From: Azolla caroliniana
Lineage: Eukaryota; Plantae; Polypodiophyta
Direction: 5' to 3'
NCBI GenBank assembly: GCA_043228905.1
Contig: JBHGNT010000008.1
Span: forward strand, 3,720,001 to 3,784,000
DNA length: 64,000 nucleotides
Shown: one piece after another, positions 43,610-55,492 of the stretch
Layout of the letters: the number at the start of each line of letters is the position of its first letter
Position numbering within the stretch: position 1 is the first letter of the stretch
Made by a program: the position numbers and the translations under genes
Notes under the pieces: generated by a model
What the model saw: only the letters and a program-made list of their open reading frames with translations
Told to the model about the DNA's origin: nothing
Database searches by the model: none

Positions 43610-46600
43610 ATGTCCTGCCCATTCGCCAAACTGAGGCTCAACGCGGGGGAGGAGAGCAAGAAGGAAGAACAAAAAGAAAAAGCAGAAAAAGATGGAGGAG
43701 GAGGAGGTGAAGGAAGAGGAGAAGGAGAAGGAGAAGGAGAAGGAGAAGGAGATGGAGGAGGAGGAGTGGTGGTAGGAGGGGGAGGAGATGAAGAAAAAGC
43801 AGCATCAATTGAGAGGAATGAGGATCAAAGAAGAGTGAGTAGATGCCCTCTTGGATATGACTCTGGAACAACTTTTAAGCTTGGACCTCTGAGCTGTGTG
43901 ATATGCCGTGCCCTCTTGTTTGACGCCTCCAAGTGTGTACCCTGTGGCCACATCTACTGCAGGTAAACAAGAAAAACGCTTGGCTTCTTCTTTTTTTCTT
44001 TTTCTTTGCACTTGCAGAGATGCGTTTATTGATAGATTAGGTTGGGTTAAGTTTTGTTACCTTATTTGACAAGGCTACATTCAACTAGCCATGGAAGTCA
44101 CTAAGCAGCTTGAGATATAGGCCAATGACAATATATTTTTGATGCTCATAATTTATCCCTAGAACTCATTAAGAAGCTCGAGATTTAGGACAATTAGCAT
44201 GTAGGTTGGATGTTTGTAACTAAACCATAAGAGGCTAGAGAGAGGCCAATCAGAACATGGGCCTGGATGCTTGTAATGAAGCCCTCAAACTCATTAAGAG
44301 GCAACAAATAGGACATTTTGCATATTGATGCATATAACTAAGTAGTTGTAGTAGCTAGTAAGATGCTAGTCGCATATAATCTGGAGCACAGTATGTAGAA
44401 GTAAGAAGTAACTATAGCATGTAAGTCATTAAGAGGCTAGACATAAGTGAATTAACCTATGGTCTTCAGAGGCCAGAGGTAATCCTATTCATACATGGTC
44501 GGATGTGAATCTGCTGCAAATATTATTAATCTTATGATTACCTACCCCAGAATTCAAGAAGAGGCTAGAGAGATATGCCAAATAAATATATAGTCTGGAG
44601 CCAAATATAATATAGATAGTATAAGAGATTAAATGTATAAAGGAATTCTTTTCTTGATTCTTGAAGCACAGTCAATTGGCCACCCTATCTTCTAGATACT
44701 CTCTTATAATGTAAATGCTCTATACGATCATGGTGCAACATTGCAAGGACAGTGATGCCCTTTACATGTGCTTCCAAGTCTCATAATGTGTGGCTACATC
44801 TGGGTCTGATATGAGGCGCACTTAACCTTCGGTGCTGGGAAAATGTTTGGATTGGAAAGACATTGTAAGCAGGCTGAACTCAACGAAGTCCATGCAGGGT
44901 AGGCAGATGGAAACATTTAACAAACTTATAGAAACACCTATACTCTTACTTCATCAATGTTCATCAATTGTAGATTCAAACCAAATCCCCAAGGACATAA
45001 GATATCAACTTTCCTTAAACTGGGTTAGTCGCTCATGTTGAATTAGAATTAGTTTAATCAAAAACCTTAGTTCATCTTACGTGATCTTTAATAGGTTATT
45101 AAGCCAATAGCTTCATATGATGATTAGAGAAAGCATGATCCAGCAAGGAGGATGCAATGATGAGGATGATGGTGTCAATGGAAAAGAGAAGAGGATAATG
45201 ATGGCGACGGAAAGGAAGAGGGTGCCGGTGAGAAGATGAGGATGATGGATGATGACGAGGAAGATGATGAAGATGATGATGTGATGTTGAGGAGGGTGGT
45301 GGGATGGAGGTGATTCAAGGGACAAGGTCTCTCTTCCTTGTCCTTCTCACTCTTGTTACTCCAATAAGGTCTCCATTTTAGTCTATAGTTTGTCTTTTAG
45401 CATGTCAAGATTTTCAGTAGACGATTGTGTATATGGACTGTCAAGCAGACTAAGTGGTCTATCTGCTATGTTTAGACCTGAAGGCTGATTATTCTACTGT
45501 TCTCTTGTCATTTTGTTCAGTCTATTTACTAAGCTGCTGTTTAGCCATAATGCCTAATAATTTGACCACCATGATTCCACTTTAATGGTGTGCTAGCTAG
45601 TAAGTAGGTTATGGTCTCCCTTTATGTAAAGTTTGTATCCAATTTTCTTTCCATTTACCCAGGGAGGCATTATTGAACTGTTTGGTCTACTGTTTTAAAA
45701 TTCCTTTCAACACTTCCTTTTGCTCCTGATGGTTCATTGTTCCCCCTTGGGGTCTTTTTGACGTACTTTCTTTTTCTAGCTTATAATGTCTCTTCTTTAT
45801 TCATTTTGACATTGTTGTATTCTTGGGCTAGGGCTATGGGCAGCCACTCATGACTTGCCTCTCATTCTACCTGTTTGATTCCTTCCATTCTTATTACCAA
45901 GCATTATTCGGTAATCCTTTCACTTTATTAGGTAATGCTTTGACCAGAATCCATTCTCTACAGGTGTTATTTTTCTTTTCTAGGAAGATCTAACTTCACA
46001 TGCATGGGTACATCAGAGACCTGCCCCTTTGTTACATATTCTGATCCATGTCAAAGCATTATGCAAAGTCATGGAAACCTATTTGTCCCATTAAGAGCAG
46101 TTAGTTGCATGACATTCATTATGTTAATTATTCTACGCCTTGAGTATTGCAAATTGCACCACATATATGATGTTCCCAAATGGTCTTGTAAAATTTGTAA
46201 ACTGTGACTATATTGTGGAATTCTTTCTTATAAATAACCATGTTTACGCCTTGTCCTCTTGCACACACCTTGGTACTTCTTCATTTTTGACATGATGTTA
46301 TATCCTTCAATGTGTGGGAGACGACATGTATATTTATTAGAAATCTGCTAATATGACATATTATTAATTCCTTCTTTTGTTTACTCTAGGTTTTGCATTT
46401 CCCGCTTTCACGATTGCCCCATATGTGGAGCAGATATTGAGGGCACAGAAGCTGATAATGAACTACAAAAACAAGTAGATCGATTTATAGAGGGTCATGC
46501 AAGAGTAAAGAGACTTTTACCGCAAGTCAATGGATCGGAGGGAGAGATTTCTCAAAACAATGTTGTATATGCGGATGTATCCTTGGAAAGAGGAACATTT

Positions 46601-49600
46601 CTTGTGCAACAAGCAATGAGGGTGAGCCGTGATAATCAATTTTTTCCTTTATTTCTAACATGTGAGTATTGAGAAGATTGACATGCACTGCAGGCATTCC
46701 AAGCTCAAAATATGGAAAGTGCAAGTGCAAGGTTGGCCATTTGTGCTGCTGATATTAAGGAAGAACTTGCAAGAAATGGTTCTACATCGGAGATTTACTC
46801 ACAATTAGGGGCAGTTCTTGGTATGCTTGGTGACTGCAGGTATTGATTATGTTGGTACATTTACTTTATGCACATGTCTAAATGTGTTGAGTCCCATGTA
46901 TATGTAGATGCGTTTCATCAACTGTATTAACTGGAGACCATGAGATCTTTTGTTTGATACATTGATGTGGAATATATTCTAGGAGAAGTAATAAATGATG
47001 TAACAAACATGCGGGAAAGTATAGGTTATACAAATCCTCAACCTTGTTTGGATAGCGTAATCAATAACCTTGGGTAAGCCCATGAAAAAAAAAGAGATCT
47101 TGACTAGAGGCTGAAATCGCATACGATACAAATTGTGATTACGAATATGGACAGCTTCAGGCTATCCATACTGAAAATTTGAAAGCTAGGTTTTGTAAAG
47201 ATCCTTGATAATGGTTGTAATACATGAGTTTGCAATTGGGCTGTCTTCTTGTAGGCAGCATGGGGATATCTATATCTGAACTCTTTAATGTCTACTATGG
47301 AGTCTAGTAGCCCTTCCTCTTGGGGATTGTAGTTGTATCTTGTCTCCAACCTCTGCCCTTGATGTAACATGATCCCGCCACATGTGACAGAGGGTGAGAT
47401 GTGACCCTCTGAAAGATACCTGTGAAATGCAATTGTCTTGTCCCCTCTAGTATGGCAGTGGTATCTTGAGCGAGAGGCCACCTGTTACCAGGGTAGGTCG
47501 ACCCTAATATGATAGTCTAAAGTAGTATTCGTAAGTATAGTCGACTGAGCTAGGGGTCGAAAGAACACGTAATCGAAAAAAAGGACAGGTGTGAAGTCGT
47601 AAGTCGAACGACTAAGAAATATAACGGTCGAAAATATAATAGTCGTAAAATGGCAAGTAAAAAATTAAGTACTTATAACTGTTGTTTTATGATTCTTGCC
47701 AAAAGGTAGTTTTGTAGCTTCTTGGAGAGAACTTCCTGTACCACCTATAAAAAGGGGTACAGGGCATTGTAAAAGGGATGGATCTGTAAGTGTATCAATT
47801 TAATATAATTTTAGTTTACTCTGCTTCATTGTTATTGTGCTGTTCTGAGAGTTGATCATATTGAGTCGTATGACCAGAGAGAGGGAGTGTCTCTATATAC
47901 AGTCGATCATAGGGTTGAGAGTGATTAAGTATCACAGTTACATTTGTGTGTGTGATTAAGGTACGTGAGTTATCTGGAAGTGAGAAATATAAGAGAGTGA
48001 GAATTAATCGGGAGTGAATATCAATAAGTAAGCAATTGTAGTCGACCGAATCCATATCTCCAACCACAATTCCCTTGGTAGGACGACTTAGAGAATAAGT
48101 CGTCCAACCCTTTATGTATGTCGACCAAGAAGGTGACAACACCAAATTTGGCATGCCTGGCTATATTTGTCAGAGACAGAGAACAAAGGAGAATGGATGT
48201 CGTCTAGTCGACATAGTAAAGAACAATCTGCGGGAAGCAGATGACCACGCATGCGATCAGAAGCCTGGCGTGCATAAGAGGAGAATTCGATTGATTCAGA
48301 GTTTTTCAAACGTATTCAGCAGGAGGCTGAAGCGGAACTACGGGCTATCCCAGATTTGGAGACTACGACCGACAGTAGCTAGGACGACGAGATGTCCGAC
48401 CAGCACCTACAACTAATCGATTCGACAGAAGTTTCAGAGGATACAATGCTGTATCCCTATCCTAAATACAATGATGAAATGGATGCAAAAGCGCATGGTG
48501 CGCCTTCCTTACGACATGGACAACCATAGACGACCTAGGCTGACATGACAGTTCCAATACAACCCTCAAGTTCGAGAAGAACCAGAGCGACAAGACTTCC
48601 GACCGCCACAACCCCAACTCAAAAAAGGTGAATCTAGTGGGTCAGACGATCGTATCTGCTATATCTGCAGAAAAGACAGCCATTATGCAAATCAATGCCC
48701 ATCAAAGGAGAATGGCAAGGCTCTAGCTGTGAATAATATGGTCACAGCAGAAGTACAAGTAACAACACAGAACAAAACCAAACAATCGGAATGGGAAACA
48801 TGAGGCAATTCGAAAGGTAGCGAAAGAATGGGTCGAAAAAGCCAACGAGAAAAATGTCGACAGAATGATCCAAGAGTGCGGAAGTAACAAACAAACAAGT
48901 CAATCCGGAAATGCAACCAGAAACAACAATACAGCCAACAATAGAAGATTTAACATGGCAAGTCTTGGATGACTACCAAATTATGTTACCCTTGGCTGGA
49001 TTATTGAAATTAGTTCTGAGATTTACAGAAACAGTAACAACAATGATCACAAAGGAGTCGTCACTGGTTACAGTGAATGTCATTAATCCGATTAATGGGC
49101 CGACAATCCTGGACGAGCAAAATCCTTCAGTCAAAGCAATAATACAAGGCCAGGAGGTGTCGAATAACATAATCGACGACGGGTCGGGAGTCAATGTTAT
49201 AAGCAAAAGGACCTGCGATTGTCTTGGAAGCAGTGAATGGGACGCGTGCCCATTTTGGCTGAGAATGGCTGACACTAGTTCAGTGTGACCATTAGGTTTC
49301 ATTCAACAATTACAAATATCAATTGGAAGGCGTTTGTTCCAGATCTCAGTAGTCGTATTAAAATTAGATGCGCTTGGCGCATACTCGTTATTACTTGGCT
49401 AACCATGGCTAAGAATTGCCAACATCAAACAAAATTAGCAGAAGAATGTAATCACTTTTCGCAGAGGCAAATCAAAGGTATCAGTACCTACACAAGAGAA
49501 AGTCATAACAAAGAAAGAGATAGTGCCACTATACGTAGAATCTATCAATATGATGGAGGGCCTGGATGATAACGAAATCGACCAATATCTGGAAGAAAAC

Positions 49601-52600
49601 CCAAAAATTATACCATTGTTTGAGGTTGATGTCTTCGAAATAATCACTCCTTACGTCAATAGTGAAGGCATTAGGTCGGACAACCATGAGCAACAACCAG
49701 ATCCCAAATCATTAATCGAGTTACGACACCAATAAGAGGCAATGGAAAGAGAGATGCATGTATCTTAACGAGTGAACCCTCCACTTTGGGAGAGCTTAAT
49801 TTGGCAGTTAATGACGAGCAGAAAACCGTCTTAATCGCCAAGGACATGCAGTCGAACAATAAAGACAAGCTCGTAAAACTCTTACGACAATATAAGGATG
49901 TCTTCACTTGGTCGTTCTAAGATATGAAAGGTCTTGATCTGGCATTTTGCCAACATCAAATACATTTGCACAAAGATGTTAAACTGGTGCAACAATGAAT
50001 ATACAGAATGAATCCTAATTACGCCGTACGAGTAAAGGAAGAAATTGACAAATTATTACGTGTCGGATTCATTCGACCAGTGAAGAAAGCAACCTGGTTA
50101 AGTTCGATAGTCGCCGTACCAAAGAAAAATAGCAAGATTCGAGTTTGTGTCGACTATTGAAAACTTAATTCGGCAACCATCACCAATGCGTTTCCTTTAC
50201 CCTTTAGAGATGGAGTCCTTGATGCGGTGGCTAGTCACGAGTTTGTGCCTTTCAAATTGCCTAGTGTTTACCATTCCGACCGTTTGGTTTTGCAGCGTGT
50301 TGTTACTTGTTGTACTTCTGCCGTGATTGTATTCACCGCTGGAGCCTTGCCTTTCTCCTTTGATGGGCATTGATTTGCATAATGGCCGTGTTTTTTGTAG
50401 ATATAGCAGATAGAGTCAGCCGACCCACTAGATTCACCTTTTTCGAGTCAGGGTTGTGGTGGCTGAAAGTCTTGTCGCTTTGGTTTTTCCCGAACTTGAG
50501 GGTTTTATTGGAATTGTCATGTCAGTGTAGGTTGTCTATGGTCGTCCCCCTTTCTTCACTATTTTGGAAATGGTGATTAGTCTGCCGATTGTCTTCGCTT
50601 CTACATTGGTCGTAATACGAGCACTTGTCATGGTGTTTTGTGTCATTGAACGATCTTCTGTTGCTGTTGTATGGGCGTCGATCGTTTCTATCATAACGAG
50701 GTGAGTAATCACGCTCGTATCGGTGTCAACTATCTCTTCTGTAGTCATCTTGGTGATCGTCCCTTCTATAATCATCTCAAAGAATTCGGTTTTGTTCAGG
50801 TCGAAACCGTTCCTCATATCGTGGTCGATCGACTTCCCTGAAACGGTTTGTCTGTTGAATTCGGTCTCCATGAGCCTCTATTTGCTTTACTGGGGCCGCG
50901 ACTTTGTTTTTTTAAGATTAGACTTGCATTGGTCGATGGTGTGCACCTTCGAATGTTAAATCGGGCAATGTGTGCGTTGTGTACATTCGTCTGTGGAATG
51001 CCCAAGGTTCAAGCAAGTCATACATTGAATTGCTTGTCAGAATCTTAATTCCTCCTGATTCAATAATGATCTTTGTAATGAAGCCATAGACATGCTATTA
51101 CTCGTTTGTGATCTATCCGTTACAAGCACTCTATCAATCACCTGCTCTAGTGATTCATCCTTGAGATCGGGAAGGCTAAGGTCGTCCGAAGTGGCTCTCA
51201 GAGGGCCATCAAACAAGTTTCCTTCAAATCTTCCTCGGGAGGTGGTCGTGCTAGCTGCCTCCGAAGATTTTGAAACCCAATAATGAACTGAGAAACTGTT
51301 TCATGAGCTTCTTGATAGGCCGCATAGAATTGGTTCGTAAGTTCTCATTGTGTGATCTGTCGGTGAAATAGTCTGACAAATTTGTTAGTGAGTTGTTTAA
51401 ATGATTTGAACTCACCCTAGTCGTGCTGCGAGTACCAGTTGGCTGATTGTCCTTCTAACGACAATCCAAGTTCCGCAATTTTCAATGCATCTACGTTGGC
51501 TGGTGATAATCTATGTGAGACACGGTTGGCTTGCCATGTCATAAGGAAGGCGTGTACATGCGCTTCTGCATCCACTTCATCATTGTATTTGGATAGCGAT
51601 ACGACATTATATCCTCCTCTAGCTCGGTCGACTATACTTACGACTACTACTTTTGACTTTCATCCTAGGGTCGACCTGCCCTAGTAGCACCACTAAAATA
51701 CAACTGATCTGAAGAGTCCATGACCATTTGAAAGCCCTTTCACTCTATAGATCTTTTTAGAGCTTTTCGGACATATTTGCGTCACTCGGCTAGTATGAAC
51801 TATTTCAAGCATAGTATGAACCATACGTGCATTCACATTCTCGAATGTTTCAATCATTTGAGTATGGTAAACTCCCTCAAAGTATGGTAAATACCATACT
51901 TTTGTATTCATTATTTATTGTAAGGTAGATTTCTTTTTAAGGTAAGAAAGTTAAGGTAAAAAGTGTAAAAGGAAACATAAGAATGTTTTGATAACACACG
52001 CATTCGTTTGCATTCGTAGAATTTTTGCCAATGCATTCAAGTATATTACGTACTATGATTTCAAGTGCCTTAAAATCATATTCTAATAAAACTATATACT
52101 TTTGTCCCTAGAATATTTTTTTGGGGGGGTTCCAAAAACTTGTGTTTCACCTCTCCCCTCTTTCTATGTTTTCTTTGTATCTTGGCTATTTTCTTTCCTT
52201 TGCCGTAAGTTCACCATTATACACAAGTGTACCAAAACGTGTTGGAGGGTGTCATTCGCAGAACTAATCTCTCCCTTCTACACTCTCTCTCCAAACTTAA
52301 CTAATCTTAAAGGATGTTAATATATCTTTCTACACTTTTTTCTCACTCTAGATTTACTTTCTTCCAGCATTTTTCATTTGACTTTCTGAACCTGCCACTT
52401 CATTACAACATTTACTGCATTGTTTTTTTCTCTCACTTCTCCACAACTTTAACTCATTACGCTCCTAGGCATATTTTATTCCCTTTCATAAATACACATG
52501 CTACAAAACCCACTATCATTTTGTATTTAAAAGCTTTGAGCCCCACTAAGAAATTTAGTTCTTGTTTAGCTTATTTTTCTACAGCCAACCTCTTTTGGCA

Positions 52601-54553
52601 CCTTACAATTGTTCATAAATATTCTCACATGGTATCAAAGTTGTAAGGTCTCCATAACCTTCACTTTATTTTTTTTATCCCATTCAAGTCAGTCTCTTTG
52701 AGCAACCATATATCTATTTCTTTTTTTCCATTTCCATCCCTTCTACCTTACGGAAAGAACTCTCCAAACAACCATATATACTCCCACTTAAAGTATCATT
52801 TAGGGAGGAGTAGGCAGCCCTTGTGCACATGTTACAATAATTTGTGATAGATTCAGAGGGATTCAATGGCTTCCAATGCATTAATATCCATTCCTCAACT
52901 TCCCAAAGGATATTTTAGATGGAACTAACTATCTAGATTGGGTATTGTATATGATGACCTTGTTATTTTCTTATATTGCAAGACCATTGAAGGAGAGTTT
53001 GTGCATCGCTTGATGACCAAGCTCCCATAACCTTTAGAGTCATTTTGTGACACTATTTCCCCTCTTCCTAGTTCGCCCTCTCTATTTACATTTGTAGGGA
53101 TGTTACAAGATAGGGCTGTGAGGCGAACCAATACTTCAAGTTGTATAGTCTTAACAGCTCCAACATCCCATTACCATCCTTCAAGTCTTATATACACCAC
53201 TCACAAGAGCTCGTAAATCTCGACAGCTGCGCAGTATATGCATCTTTGCTTTGCTATGTAATGTCCTACAAGCATCTGAGTATACTCAAGCAAAAGAAAC
53301 CTGTGCTCTTCGTGGATAGAAGGTAGCCATGGAGGTAGAGCTTGATTCTATTGAGAGGAATCACATGGGAATTGGTCCCACGTTCTCGTGGTAGACATGT
53401 TATTGGTCTGAAATGGATATTCAAAACCAATTACCATGCAAATGATACATTGGACATAAGGATACCCCCAAGTGGAAGGAGTCATCCATTCAGGAGACAT
53501 TTTCTCCCACTGTAAAATATACTTCTATATCCAATGTGGCCTACAACTTGCTGTCCACTGGAATTGGTGTAAATTCTGAATGGATGTCAAGTCTGCCTTT
53601 TTGAATGGTTACTTAATGGAAGAATGTTATGTGGAGCAGCCACCTGGTTTTGATGTTTAAGGTAAGCATAGCATGGTTTCTAGTCCAAAGAAAGCCTTAC
53701 ATGGTTTGAAACAAGCTCCCAAGGCTTGATATGACAAAATCAATTCTTTCTTTCTTTTGGATTCCAATGATCTTCTGCTGACAGCAATCTGTATGTATCC
53801 TTTCGGACGATGGCTTGATGTTTTCTAGTTATTTTGTATGTAGATGATGTACTACTTATAGGTCCTTTTGAAGCCAAGATAGGACAACTTCACAATGATT
53901 TAAAAACGACATTTGAAATGATAGATTGAGGGCTTCTACATTACTTATTGGGCATGGAGGACTATCAATCACATGGAGGCATATTTCTCAACTAAGCATA
54001 GGTATCTTTGACAACTTCTTGAAACCTATGGCATGACTGGTTGCAAGCCCCTTCCTTGTCCCATGGATCTGCAATCCAAGTTTTGTCACGAAGAATATTC
54101 ACCCATTTTTGAAGATACATAGTATGAAGTACATGAGGCTCATTCATCTTACCTATACAAGACCTCATCTGTTCTACACTGTGAGTGTTGTCAACCATTT
54201 GTGCTATCTGGTACTTGACAGGCATGAATGACTATGCACTCTCATTCAGAGGAGGCATTGAGTTAATTGGTTACTTGGATATTGATTGGGGATGGGCAGT
54301 TTATGTCGACACAAGATGGTCTACATCTGGTTATTGCTTTCTGCTTGGCTCAGGTTTGATTTCTTGGTAGCCCAAGAAACAAAATTTGGTTTCCAATTTA
54401 TCTATAGAAGCTGAAGATCGTTCTTATTTGGATTCATACGGTGAACTCCTTGACAATCTTATAATTCCACAAGCCACAGTTTTTTGAATCTTAAGCATGT
54501 GTTCAACAACGCTTTCCATGGCAATGATCTCAATGAGAAGTGATCTTGTCTCA

Positions 54554-54602
<49 letters not shown>

Positions 54603-54785
54603 GTCACCCAGTTGGTAAGGTTGCCCAATGGAGACCAAGTGGTCATGGGTTCAACCCCTACATTCCACAGTGACATCTAGTGAAATAAGAGATATATATA
54701 GTGTAATAGAGAGGTGAGAAAATTGGGTTTCGAACCCAAGATATAGTGCTAGTAGTGCAAATGGCTTACCACTAGGGTAAGCTAA

Positions 54786-54823
<38 letters not shown>

Positions 54824-55199
54824 CCAAAATGGCCTATAAGACCAAACAAGAGATTACATCTTAAGTGTTGTCTCGTCTTTGAGAACAAATCAAAATAAAA
54901 TAAATATTTCACAGTAAATATAAAAGTAAATAAGATGAAAAGAAAAGAAATGAGGGAATCTAGGTTTTGGCACATGTGAGATTCTCAAGTTAGATATATT
55001 GTAGCTTTTGTCTTCAAAAGTTCTCTAGCATAGGTCGATCCAGAATGGAAATGTCTCCGAAGTGAGGGAAGCACCTAGAATGGCGGGAGATAATGGCTTT
55101 TATTTGTCGATGGCAAGGGTGTTGAGATCGTGGTCCATGGGGCTGGGGCCTACGTGCACGGCAAATTGCTATTGCCCGATCAATTGTAACCCCTTTGTT

Positions 55200-55257
<58 letters not shown>

Positions 55258-55437
55258 ACGTCTTTTAAGAGGCCAAAATGGCCTATAAGACCAAACAAGA
55301 GATTACATCGTAAGTGTTGTTTCGTCTTTGAGAACAACAAATAAAAAAGAAGTAAATAATACTCCGTAAATATAAAAGTATATAAGATAAAAAGAGATGA
55401 GGGAATTTGGTTTTTGGCACATGTGAAATTCTCAAGT

Positions 55438-55492
<55 letters not shown>

